NCBI GenBank assembly: GCA_963675745.2 | Contig: CAXXWX010000026.1 | Span: 224,001-288,000, forward strand | DNA length: 64,000 bases | Source of the DNA: Phycisphaerae bacterium | GTDB lineage: Bacteria; Planctomycetota; Phycisphaerae; UBA1845; Fen-1342 | Reading direction: 5' to 3' | In this document: one piece after another, positions 1 to 9,016 of the stretch | Layout of the letters: the number at the start of each line of letters is the position of its first letter | Numbering within the stretch: position 1 is the stretch's first letter | The notes under the pieces: model-generated | Database searches by the model: none | The model's input: the letters and a program-made list of their open reading frames with translations, nothing else | What the model was told of the DNA's origin: nothing | Program-made: the position numbers and the translations under genes

Positions 1-85
1 GCTCCTTCGCCCGCCGCAGGTCGTTGGGTACGACCACTTCGGTCAAAACCGCCTCGTCAACACCGAAGTCTTTGGGCAACACCAT
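1..85 (-). CDS. 5' end of a gene running off the window; possibly RsbW/SpoIIAB-like anti-sigma factor (HATPase_c_2)
   Basis: ATG at 85 opens MVLPKDFGVDEAVLTEVVVPNDLRRAKE..., open to the window edge. It lies just downstream of a STAS anti-anti-sigma gene. Only 28 codons are visible. Confidence 0.4.
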   Translation of the reverse strand, partial: MVLPKDFGVDEAVLTEVVVPNDLRRAKE

Positions 86-136
86 CGCTCGACCATGACG
101 CGAAAGCCCGTGTGACCCTCAGCCCGCGCTGGTCGC

Positions 137-502
137 TCAGGCTTCGCCGAATTCCGTCAGCGCCTGCGCCTGAGTGTCGTGGATGTCGAAGACGCGGTTC
201 AAGCGCGTGATCTTGAAGACCTCGAAGATCTGGCGGTTGATGTCGGAAAGCCGCAGGGCCCCGCTCTGCTCTTTCACCTTCTTATTGAGGTTTATGAGCA
301 TGCCGAGGGCGGCGCTTGAAAGGTGGTCGACGTTCTGGAAATTGAGCAGCATGCGAATGCCCGGCTCCGCCGCGACGATGCGCTGCAATTCGTCGCCGAT
401 TTCCTGAATCGACAACTCCTCAAGGATCTTGCGGTCTGCGAATTCGACGAGCGCGACACCGCCTGTACGTTTCACTTTCAGGTGGGTTGACGGCTGATCC
501 AT
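137..502 (-). CDS. STAS-domain anti-sigma factor antagonist
   Basis: LLNFQNVDHLSSAALGMLI phosphoacceptor-Ser motif and VFKITRL C-terminal motif; 121 aa; AGGAGG upstream. Confidence 0.92.
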   Translation of the reverse strand: MDQPSTHLKVKRTGGVALVEFADRKILEELSIQEIGDELQRIVAAEPGIRMLLNFQNVDHLSSAALGMLINLNKKVKEQSGALRLSDINRQIFEVFKITRLNRVFDIHDTQAQALTEFGEA

Positions 503-587
503 GGGTGGTGAGGCCTCCTGCTCGACGCCCAGGCCCTCGTCATCAAGGTGGCCTGCCGCACGGCGGTTCGGAACACAATAACACCGT

Positions 588-616
588 ATTCTTTATCGCA
601 TAGTGGCGGATGTCAA
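588..616 (-). promoter_or_regulatory. Putative sigma70-type promoter for the STAS gene
   Basis: Minus strand reads TTGACA (616-611), 17-nt spacer, AAGAAT (593-588). Confidence 0.45.
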
Positions 617-1051
617 CTCGGCTGGGAGCTTCGCGCGACGACTTCAGGCGGGACCCGCAGGCCCCCGGGTCGCGGTGGCGTGCCACAACGCTGACGGACT
701 GCCCGGGAGGCTGCGATTGTGAACGCTCAATCCGCCCTCAGCCGATCCGGCGATCGCCAGGACGATAGCTCCAAAACGGCATTGGGCACGCCCCGCCAAA
801 GACGGCCCCGGCCCGCTTTTTCGCACGACGGCTTTGGCACAATCATGACCACTTGGTACACTTTGGGGCTGATCGGGGGATGGTATGATACACGCGCCGT
901 GCTGATCAGGCGCGGGCGGGTACTGCGCTCCGGCGGGTTGCCGCCGGGCGCTTGCGATTTGGCGGCAATCCGCAGACCCTGGTTCGGCCCATCCGCGTGT
1001 TTGGTGTGGCCCGGTTGAATCGTGGTCAATCAGCCACGGGAGATGTGAGCT

Positions 1052-1666
1052 TTGGAGCACACGGCGGTTCAGCGCTTTTACCGTTATCACGCATACATTT
1101 ATGATCTGACGCGCTGGACCATTCTGCACGGTCGCCGTCGGGCGGTCGAAAAGCTGTGCCTCCGGCCCGATGGAGACGTGCTCGAAATCGGCTGCGGCAC
1201 CGGCCTGAACTTCGATCACCTCCAGAACCGGCTCGATCCCGGCCGGGGACATCTTGTTGGACTCGACTTCTCACAGGATATGCTCATCCGCGCGCAGCGA
1301 CGCATCGACGCGCGGGGTTGGGGAAATGTGGAGCTGGTCCAGGCCGACGCCGCCCAGATGGACCTTGGCCGGCAGTTCGACGCCATACTGTTCGCCTACG
1401 CCCTGACGATGATCCCGGATTGGGAGGGAGCCCTGAAACGCGCCGCCCAACATGTCAAGCCGGGCGGCCGCGTGGTCGTGCTCGACTTCTGCACATTCGA
1501 TGGCTGGGGACCGCTGGCACCGGTCATGCGAACCTGGTTGCGGCTTAGCCACGTGTTGACCCGCCGCCCATACGTTGACGGCATGCGCAAGGTCTTCGGC
1601 GAGGTGCAGGTCGATCGCTGGCTTGGGGGTTATAACTTCACCGCTGTCGGACGGAGAGTCGACTGA
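1052..1666 (+). CDS. btaB: BtaB-like SAM-dependent N-methyltransferase (betaine lipid synthesis)
   Basis: N-terminal FYRYHAYIYDLTR motif, VLEIGCGTG SAM motif, and a 1-nt overlap with the btaA-like gene. The TTG start is uncertain. Confidence 0.75.
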   Translation: MEHTAVQRFYRYHAYIYDLTRWTILHGRRRAVEKLCLRPDGDVLEIGCGTGLNFDHLQNRLDPGRGHLVGLDFSQDMLIRAQRRIDARGWGNVELVQADAAQMDLGRQFDAILFAYALTMIPDWEGALKRAAQHVKPGGRVVVLDFCTFDGWGPLAPVMRTWLRLSHVLTRRPYVDGMRKVFGEVQVDRWLGGYNFTAVGRRVD

Positions 1667-2928
1667 TGGTCTCTGTGATTGACATGCCGACCCCCAGCCC
1701 GCCGCGCAAAGGCCTCCTGAACCGTCTGGTGTTCCGCGGCGAATCGTCGTGGGATGCCCTGCTCGAGCGCGCCATCTTCAACGGCATCGTGTTCAACATG
1801 TCCTGGGAAGATCCGGAGATGGACCGCCGGGCGCTGCGCACCGGGCCCGGAGACACGGTGATCTCGATCAGCTCGGCGGGCTGCAATCCGCTGAACTTTC
1901 TGTGCCAGAGCCCCGATCGGCTGCTCACCATCGATGGCAACCCGGCACAGAACGCCGTTGTCGAGCTGAAACTGGCCGGCATCCAGGCTCTTGATCATGG
2001 GACCTTCTTCGATATCTTCGCCGCCCGCAATCCCGCGGTTGCCAGCAAGGTCTATCGACCGCGGCTCCGGCCGCTGCTGTCGCCGCGCTCGTGCGAATTC
2101 TGGGACAAGAAGCTGTGGATGGCTCATCGCGGGTTGTACGAATTCGGCAAGATGGGCATGGCCGCGCGCATCGTGCGGTTTCTGTTCCCGCTGCTCGGCA
2201 TCAGCCGGTACCACATCGATCGGTTCTTTGAATCGACAACACTCGCGGAGCAACGCGCCCGCTATGCCCGGCACGTCGCCCCGCACCTCTGGGGACCGGT
2301 GGTCGAGCGGCTCTGCAAATCACGCTGGTTCATGTACCTCTGTGGCGTCCATCCCCGCCAACTCGACCTGATCGACGAACGCCATGGGATTTATGAGTAC
2401 ATCAAAGAGCGCATCGAATACGCCCTCACCCAGGTGCCGATCCACGACAACTACTTTCTGAGTGTTACGGCGACGGGCCGATTTCGCGGCAACCATGTGC
2501 CGCCCTACCTGCTCGCCGAGAACTTCCCGATACTGCGCCGCAACCTCGATCGCGTCACCGTCATCAATGGCCTGCTCGGCCCGTATCTCGATACGCTGCC
2601 GGCGGGTTCGATCAACAAGTTCAACCTGCTCGACATATTCGACTGGATGACCCCGGAGCTGTTTGAGAGCACACTGAAAAGCGTGCTTCGCGCCGCGGCC
2701 CCCGGCGCGCGTCTGATCTATCGCTCGGGCAGCTACGAATTGCCCCCGCCGAAATCGATCCAGCGGCATCTCGTCGAACACGCCGAACTCTCGCGTGAGC
2801 TGCTGGCGATCGACCGCTCGGCGACATATGGCAGCTTCTACGTATTCTCCGTGAAAACCGACGGCTTCAACGGCCAGCGACAAACCACCCCCAGCACCGC
2901 AAACGCCGAGACCCCCGCGGCCGTCTAG
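1666..2928 (+). CDS. btaA: BtaA / DUF3419 SAM:diacylglycerol 3-amino-3-carboxypropyltransferase
   Basis: FNMSWEDPEMD, ISSAGCNPL, IDGNPAQNAVVELK, DNYF, LLDIFDWM and DRSATYGSF motifs typical of BtaA. Confidence 0.88.
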   Translation: MVSVIDMPTPSPPRKGLLNRLVFRGESSWDALLERAIFNGIVFNMSWEDPEMDRRALRTGPGDTVISISSAGCNPLNFLCQSPDRLLTIDGNPAQNAVVELKLAGIQALDHGTFFDIFAARNPAVASKVYRPRLRPLLSPRSCEFWDKKLWMAHRGLYEFGKMGMAARIVRFLFPLLGISRYHIDRFFESTTLAEQRARYARHVAPHLWGPVVERLCKSRWFMYLCGVHPRQLDLIDERHGIYEYIKERIEYALTQVPIHDNYFLSVTATGRFRGNHVPPYLLAENFPILRRNLDRVTVINGLLGPYLDTLPAGSINKFNLLDIFDWMTPELFESTLKSVLRAAAPGARLIYRSGSYELPPPKSIQRHLVEHAELSRELLAIDRSATYGSFYVFSVKTDGFNGQRQTTPSTANAETPAAV

Positions 2929-2944
2929 GCAGCTTCAATCCAAC

Positions 2945-3077
2945 TGTGGCGTCGGGCCTCTGCGCCCGACGAGGCCTGTAGCGCCCGACGAGGCCTGTAG
3001 CGCCCGACGAGGCCTGTAGCGGCCTGCGCCTCGCAGGCCGTCGGCGCGCGAGCGTGCATCCTACGGCCGGCCGCTAC
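2945..3077. repeat. Composite REP-like cluster: GTGG palindrome, 3x19-nt tandem repeat, GTAG-type REP doublet
   Basis: GCGCCCGACGAGGCCTGTA x3 (2962-3018), then GTAG-CGGCCTGCG-CCT-CGCAGGCCG (3016-3040) and an inverted end CGGCCGCTAC (to 3077). Lies between convergent genes. Confidence 0.85.
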
Positions 3078-5164
3078 GCCGCATCGATAAATCGCAGCTT
3101 CTCCCCAAACACGCGCTTCAACGCGGCGAGCAGGCGGCGATGCTCCGGCCGCTGAAGTGCCGGGTCTTCCGCCACGATTCCAAAAGCATCCTGACGGGCC
3201 TGCTCGACAATCGCGAAATCCTCGACCAGGTTCGCCACACGCAATTCAGGCAACCCGTGTTGGCGCGCGCCGAGCATTTCGCCGGGACCGCGCTGGCGCA
3301 GATCAGCTTCTGCGACGCGAAACCCGTCGGTCGTGTCAACCAGCACTTTCAGACGCTCGTCAGCGCGCTTGCCGTCGCCATACGCGATCAGGATGCACTC
3401 GCTATCCGCTTGGCCGCGTCCCACGCGCCCGCGCAGTTGGTGCAGTTGCGAGAGCCCGAAGCGGTCGGCGTGCTCGACAACCATGATCGTCGCGTTGGGA
3501 ACATCGATGCCAACCTCGACGACCGTGGTGGCGATGACCGCGCTGAGTCGCCCGTCGGCAAACGCGCCGGTCACGGCCTGCTTTTCTTCCGATGACATGG
3601 CACCGTGCAGCAACCCAAGTTCGAGACCACGCCAGGGGCCGGAGACCAGCCGCTGATACTCCGCGTTCACGGACGTGAGCTGGCGCGACTGGTCACCAAC
3701 CGCGTCGGTAGCCTCTGCTCCGATGGCCGGACAGACGACGAACGCCTGTTCACCCGCCACGAGCCGCCGGCGCAAATCGGTCATCACCGCGAGCCAATCG
3801 CGTTCACCCGCGACGCGTGTCCTGATCTTGCCGCGCCCGGGCGGCGCGCTGTCAATGACGGAAACGTCCAGATCGCCGAATACGGTCATGGCCAGCGTAC
3901 GTGGTATCGGCGTGGCGGTCATGACCAGGTAATGCGGCATTACCCCCTTGGTCCGCGCATCCGCGCGCTGGGCGACACCGAACTTGTGCTGTTCGTCGAT
4001 GACAACCAACCCCAGGTCGTTAAAGGCCACGTCCGGCTGAAGGAGCGCGTGCGTTCCGACCACCAGCTCGACCGCGCCGGACGCCAGCGCCTGCAGCGCG
4101 CTTTCCCGATCCTGCCTGCCAAGTCCGCCACGCAGCAACAACCGGCGCACACGACTGCCGGCCAGGTAGCGCTCGATATTGGCGAAGTGCTGCTGTGCCA
4201 GGACTTCAGTCGGAGCCATTATCGCCGCCTGATGTCCATTCGCGATCGCCATCAGGCACGCGTACAGCGCGACGACGGTCTTACCGCTCCCGACGTCGCC
4301 TTGCAGGAGCCGGCCCATCGGACGCCCGCTCATCAGGTCACGGGCAATCTCGCGCAAAGCACGATCCTGCGCCTCCGTCAGCGCAAAGGGAAAACGGGCC
4401 CGGATACGTTGGTCTATTTCCGGCGTCAGGGCCAGCTTGTGGCCACGGTGACGACCGAGCAGGTGCTGCCGGCGGAGCGCGACCGCCAACTCCATCAACA
4501 GCAGCTCCTCGTAGGCCAGGCGCGCGTGGGCACGGGCATGCGCCTCCACGCTGCCGGGCAGATGCACCTCGCGCAGGGCATCCGCACGCGTGGGCAGGCT
4601 GCGCTTGATGCGCAATGCCGACGGCAGCACTTCCGCTACCGGCAACCGCGGTTGTTCGAGCAGGGTCAGCACGGCCTTGCGGATGACCGCAGACGTCAGC
4701 CGTTCGGTGCCCCGATATACACCAATCTGCTTTGGCCCGCTCTGTGTCGGCGGCAAGTCCTTGTCGGACGCAAAGACCTGCACGCGCGGGTGGACGATTT
4801 CCAGCCGATCGCGATACTCCTGTGCCTTGCCCGTTGCGACCACAAACGCGCCGACGTAGATTCCCTGCCCACGGTAGCGCTGGTTAAACCAGCGCAACCA
4901 GCACATCCCGGTTCCATCGGTGACCTCGGCGGAGAACGTCGGCCAGCGGCCGCGCACGCGGCGAACCTCGCCACGAATTGTGGCGACCATGTCTGGCGCG
5001 AGATCAGCAATCTCAATCTCCCCCTGCTCGGATTCATAGCGAAACGGAAGGTGTTCAAGCAGATCGCCGACCGTGTGCAGGTTCACTTGCGCAAACCAGC
5101 CCGCGCGCGCCGGCCCAACGCCGCGAAGATACTGGATCGGACTGTCGGCTTCGAGCTCTCTCAT
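3074..5164 (-). CDS. recG: ATP-dependent DNA helicase RecG
   Basis: LLQGDVGSGKT, DEQH, MTATPIPRTL, QLHQLRGRVGRG and DGFRVAEADLRQRGPGE motifs. Start placed at ATG 5164; the ORF extends to 5203. Confidence 0.97.
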   Translation of the reverse strand: MRELEADSPIQYLRGVGPARAGWFAQVNLHTVGDLLEHLPFRYESEQGEIEIADLAPDMVATIRGEVRRVRGRWPTFSAEVTDGTGMCWLRWFNQRYRGQGIYVGAFVVATGKAQEYRDRLEIVHPRVQVFASDKDLPPTQSGPKQIGVYRGTERLTSAVIRKAVLTLLEQPRLPVAEVLPSALRIKRSLPTRADALREVHLPGSVEAHARAHARLAYEELLLMELAVALRRQHLLGRHRGHKLALTPEIDQRIRARFPFALTEAQDRALREIARDLMSGRPMGRLLQGDVGSGKTVVALYACLMAIANGHQAAIMAPTEVLAQQHFANIERYLAGSRVRRLLLRGGLGRQDRESALQALASGAVELVVGTHALLQPDVAFNDLGLVVIDEQHKFGVAQRADARTKGVMPHYLVMTATPIPRTLAMTVFGDLDVSVIDSAPPGRGKIRTRVAGERDWLAVMTDLRRRLVAGEQAFVVCPAIGAEATDAVGDQSRQLTSVNAEYQRLVSGPWRGLELGLLHGAMSSEEKQAVTGAFADGRLSAVIATTVVEVGIDVPNATIMVVEHADRFGLSQLHQLRGRVGRGQADSECILIAYGDGKRADERLKVLVDTTDGFRVAEADLRQRGPGEMLGARQHGLPELRVANLVEDFAIVEQARQDAFGIVAEDPALQRPEHRRLLAALKRVFGEKLRFIDAA

Positions 5165-5301
5165 CTGATGCGACACTCTCGAGCCGTCGCCACCGGCGCC
5201 CACAGAGCGGCGTAACGCTGACGCGCGTCAAGAGGCAGATGCCAGAGTCCAGTTCTCAGGAAAGGGCCACAGCCAAACCGGCCGGCACCCGCCGCCCCCC
5301 G

Positions 5302-5330
5302 TTCCTGTTCCCTGTTCCCTGTTCCCTGCC
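5302..5330. repeat. Heptamer tandem repeat (CCCTGTT)n
   Basis: TTCCTGTTCCCTGTTCCCTGTTCCCTGCC; same family as 8989-9016 and 12764-12796. Confidence 0.75.
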
Positions 5331-5382
5331 TCTCCTGAACTCCGACCTTCGCTGTAGCGCCCAGACGTCACCGGGCACGGCG

Positions 5383-5829
5383 TCACGGAACAATCAGCTT
5401 CATGCCGATGGAGAGCTTGTCCGGGTTGCTCAACCGACCTCGATTGGCTTCGTAAATGTCGCGCCACCTCGATTGGTCGCCGTAGTATTCGCGCGCGAGC
5501 CCGTACAGCGAGTCACCTTTGCGAACGACATGGGTTCGAGCGACGTTGACGTGCTCGGTGGGTCGCAGCACCTCGTCGTGGGATGTGTCGACGGTAACGC
5601 GCTCACGCGGCGCCGGCTGGGGCGGCACCGTGTACACCGGCTCGGGAGCCGGTTCCGGGGCGCGTTGTTCAGCCACATATTCCGGGGGCGCTTCGCGCTC
5701 GGCGGCTTCCATAGCTTCCAGCGGAACGAACGGTTCAGCCTGGCGTGCCTCATACTTCTCGTTAGGGTTCTGGCAGCCCGGCATCACGCAAATCGCCAAG
5801 CCCAGCATGATCGGCACATATCGGCGCAT
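5383..5829 (-). CDS. LysM-domain lipoprotein
   Basis: Signal peptide ending MPGC, Pro/Glu-rich linker, C-terminal LysM (HVVRKGDSLYGLAREYYG...WRDIYEANR...LSIGMKLIVP). Confidence 0.9.
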   Translation of the reverse strand: MRRYVPIMLGLAICVMPGCQNPNEKYEARQAEPFVPLEAMEAAEREAPPEYVAEQRAPEPAPEPVYTVPPQPAPRERVTVDTSHDEVLRPTEHVNVARTHVVRKGDSLYGLAREYYGDQSRWRDIYEANRGRLSNPDKLSIGMKLIVP

Positions 5830-6180
5830 TTCATCACTCCTGTCCGCGGCCCCGCGAGTCTCACCGTGATCGTCCTATCAAACCCGAACCGCCGCCGATT
5901 GTAAAGCCGGGCGAATACCCGCGAGTTCGCGGCGCCGGCTGAGATCGACCTACACACTGCAAGCGCCATGTCGCCCGGTGTTCAGACCGGCTCATCTCGC
6001 GCCGAAGCCGCACGGGCACGCCGCCGTAGTTACGGCCGCAGGGGCCACACGCAAAGCGACAAAAGCTTACATCGGGCACATCGCATCGCGACGTGCGGCG
6101 CAATAGAATCGCCAAGAGGAAACCTTGCGCGGGTTTCACACGTACACGTCGAATTCGCGACCCAGACTGGAGGATAGCGG

Positions 6181-8925
6181 ATGCGCAGAAGTACACTGAT
6201 CTGGATTGTCACCCCCCTGACTGCCGTCGTCGGGCTCACCCTGGCGACCGCATGGGCGGCCCCCCCCGGCGACGCGGTCGCCGCCCCCGGTGCCCCACAT
6301 GCGGGCAAGGACGTCAAGGCCGACAAGGAGCCACCCAAGCGCTTCAAAGATGTCGGCGATGTCACCGAAGATATGGAGTCGATCGACGGGCTGTTCACCC
6401 TCTACCGCTACAAGCGTTCGGACAAAAACCGCGATCCCGAGGCCCTGCTCGCCAAGATCCCCGCCAAGCTGCTCGACGAGGATCTCCTGTTTGCCACCAG
6501 CCTCTCCAGTGGCGGCCCGTACACGGGCTACATGTGGAATGACTACCTGATCCGCTGGGAGGTTGTCGGCAAGTACCTCAAGCTGGTCACCCCCGATGTG
6601 CGCTACGTGCAGGATCAGGATGAACCGATCAGCGACGTTATCAAACGCACTCATACGCCACGCTATATCGCCGCGGTCCCCATCGAAGCCATGACTTCCG
6701 GCGGTGACGTCGTAATCGACCTGAACGCGCTGCTGAAGAGCAACATCGCCGACGTGTCCTTCCTGGGCGGCAATGTGCGTTCCGATCTGTCAACGTGGTC
6801 AAAGGTGAAGAACTTCCCCGACAACATTCTCCTGGAGGCACAGCTCGCCCTCCAGCACGGCAGCGGCGGGTCCACTGTCGGCGTGTCATATGCCTTCCGC
6901 CGACTGCCCAAGCTCGGCAGTTTCAAGCCGCGCACGGCGGATTCGCGCGTGGGTTATTTCCTGACGGCGCGCATGGACTGGAGCAAACCGACCAACGAAC
7001 GCGACACATTTGATCGCTACATCAACCGCTGGAAGCTGGAGAAGCGTGACGCCGAGCTCGAGCTTTCACCGCCCAAAGAGCCGATCGTCTTCATCATCGA
7101 GGACACGGTGCCGGTCAAGTGGCGCCGCTGGGTCCGCGAGGGCATCGAGGATTGGAACAGGGCGTTTGAGAAGATCGGCTTCGACCAGGCGATCGTTGTC
7201 CACCAGCAGACCAAGGACAACGAATACAGCAACTACGACCCCGAGGACGCCCGCTACAACTTCTTCCGCTGGATCGTCTCGGGCCGCGCTTTTGCGATGG
7301 GGCCGTCACGGGTCGATCCCCGCACCGGCCAGGTGCTGGATGCCGACATCATCTTCGATGACTCGATGGTCCGCGGTTGGATGCAGGATTTCGACATGTT
7401 TGCGCCGTCGGCGATGACCGCCTTCTACGGCCCCGGCTTTGCCGACTGGCTCGATGAGCAAGCCGACGTCGTCCCCGATTTTCTGAAAAGCGCCATCGAG
7501 CACGAGCGCGCCACCGCCCCGCCCGACCAGCTACTCTGGGATCGCGTCAATGCGCACATGCACGAACAGGGCCGCTGCACCTGCGGGTTTGCTGCGGGGA
7601 TGATGCAGCAGGTCGCCTTCGGGCGGCAGGCGCTGATCGCCACCGGCCTCGGAGACAAGAAGATCCCCGAGCGGTTCATCGGTGAGGTCATCAAGCACAT
7701 CGTCACCCACGAAGTCGGCCACACGCTCGGCCTGCGCCACAATTTCAAGGGCTCGAGTTGGCTGTCGCTGGAAGAAATTCGACGACGACGCCTCGAAACC
7801 GATGAGCCCACGACGGCGTCGGTAATGGACTACACGCCGGTGATGTTCTTCGCCGATGACGAGATGGAGAAAGTGCGGCACTTTACCTCACCCCAGCTCG
7901 GCCCGTACGACCACTGGGCGATTGAGTATGGCTACGCGGTGGCCAAGGGCGGCAAGGATGACGAGCTGCTCAAGGAAATCACGAGCCGCTGCGCCGAGCG
8001 CGCGTTGCAATACAACACCGACGAGGACACCTCGTGGGTCTACTCGCCCGACCCGCTCACCAACCGCTGGGATCACAGCGCCGACCCGATGGACTGGGCG
8101 CGCAGCCGGGTCGAACTGGCTGACAAGCTGCTGGCCAATATCGAGGAGTGGGCTCTCCAGGACGGTGAACCCTACCACCATCTAACGCGCGCCTTCATCG
8201 TGCTGGCCTGGGAGCGTTCGAGCTACTTCCAATATGTCGGACGCCTGATCGGCGGCCAGTATTTCCACCGCTACGTCAAGGGCGACCCCGACGCCCAGCC
8301 ACCCCTCGTGCTTGTCGATCCGCAGTTGCAGCGCGACGCGTTGAACTACCTGGGCGAGACGATATTCAACGAGGCGTTTTTCGACTTTGACCCTGATCTG
8401 CTCAACAAGTTGCCGACTTCACGCTGGCAGCACTGGGGCAACCGCGTCGAGTCGCGCATCGACTTTCCGATTCACGATCGGCTGCGCTGGATGCAGCTTT
8501 TCGCACTGCTGAACATCACCGCCCCACCGGTCTTGCAGCGTATCTACGATGCGGAGCTGAAGTCGGACGCGGATGACAAGTTCACGACGGTGGAGTTGCT
8601 CCAGACCTTACGTGATCAGATCTGGGTACAGCTCGACAAGGTCAAGGGGCCGTACACGGACGCGCAGCCGTTCCTGAGTTCGATCGCGCGCAACCTGCAA
8701 CGCGAGCATCTAAACATCATGCTTTTGCAGGCGCAGGCGCGGCCGCACACCACGATGTCGGCGGATATCCAGTCATTGATCCGCTATTCGTTGTTCGAGT
8801 TGAGTGAAAGAATCGGCGCTGTGCTCGACGGCAACACGAAGATTGACTTTGCTTCGCGGGCCCACCTCGTGGAGTGCAAGTCACGCATCGACCGCACGCT
8901 GGAAGCAAAATTCGACGCGCGGTAG
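6181..8925 (+). CDS. Secreted zinc-dependent metalloprotease (EcxA/DUF4953-DUF5117 type)
   Basis: Signal peptide; DSRVGYF, YINRWKLEK, WNRAFEKIGF; HEVGHTLGLRHNF metzincin motif; SVMDY Met-turn; GPYDHWAIEYGY. Confidence 0.92.
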   Translation: MRRSTLIWIVTPLTAVVGLTLATAWAAPPGDAVAAPGAPHAGKDVKADKEPPKRFKDVGDVTEDMESIDGLFTLYRYKRSDKNRDPEALLAKIPAKLLDEDLLFATSLSSGGPYTGYMWNDYLIRWEVVGKYLKLVTPDVRYVQDQDEPISDVIKRTHTPRYIAAVPIEAMTSGGDVVIDLNALLKSNIADVSFLGGNVRSDLSTWSKVKNFPDNILLEAQLALQHGSGGSTVGVSYAFRRLPKLGSFKPRTADSRVGYFLTARMDWSKPTNERDTFDRYINRWKLEKRDAELELSPPKEPIVFIIEDTVPVKWRRWVREGIEDWNRAFEKIGFDQAIVVHQQTKDNEYSNYDPEDARYNFFRWIVSGRAFAMGPSRVDPRTGQVLDADIIFDDSMVRGWMQDFDMFAPSAMTAFYGPGFADWLDEQADVVPDFLKSAIEHERATAPPDQLLWDRVNAHMHEQGRCTCGFAAGMMQQVAFGRQALIATGLGDKKIPERFIGEVIKHIVTHEVGHTLGLRHNFKGSSWLSLEEIRRRRLETDEPTTASVMDYTPVMFFADDEMEKVRHFTSPQLGPYDHWAIEYGYAVAKGGKDDELLKEITSRCAERALQYNTDEDTSWVYSPDPLTNRWDHSADPMDWARSRVELADKLLANIEEWALQDGEPYHHLTRAFIVLAWERSSYFQYVGRLIGGQYFHRYVKGDPDAQPPLVLVDPQLQRDALNYLGETIFNEAFFDFDPDLLNKLPTSRWQHWGNRVESRIDFPIHDRLRWMQLFALLNITAPPVLQRIYDAELKSDADDKFTTVELLQTLRDQIWVQLDKVKGPYTDAQPFLSSIARNLQREHLNIMLLQAQARPHTTMSADIQSLIRYSLFELSERIGAVLDGNTKIDFASRAHLVECKSRIDRTLEAKFDAR

Positions 8926-8938
8926 CAGTGGTGTGATG

Positions 8939-9016
8939 CAGGGATTAAGGGAATGAGGGAATGAGGGATTAAGGCCAGTACTGGCCATCCCTCTGTTCCC
9001 CGTTCCCCGTTCCCTC
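8939..9016. repeat. Inverted heptamer arrays around a palindrome
   Basis: (AGGGAAT/AGGGATT)n, then GGCCAGTACTGGCC, then (CCCGTTC)n, between convergent genes. Confidence 0.75.

Noticed and set aside
830..890. PHO box upstream of btaB
   Set aside because: TTGGCAC-AATC-ATGACCA only weakly resembles the 11-nt-period consensus, which is not enough to call.
2962..3018. Possible CRISPR array (also 18168-18249 and 58247-58300)
   Set aside because: Units are directly tandem or separated by only about 8 nt, with no unique spacers and no cas genes. A REP origin explains them better.
3605..5215. Long antisense ORFs (536 aa here; also 11102-12589, 53167-54720, 56683-58374 and others)
   Set aside because: Shadow frames opposite clear genes in high-GC DNA, with no recognisable motifs.
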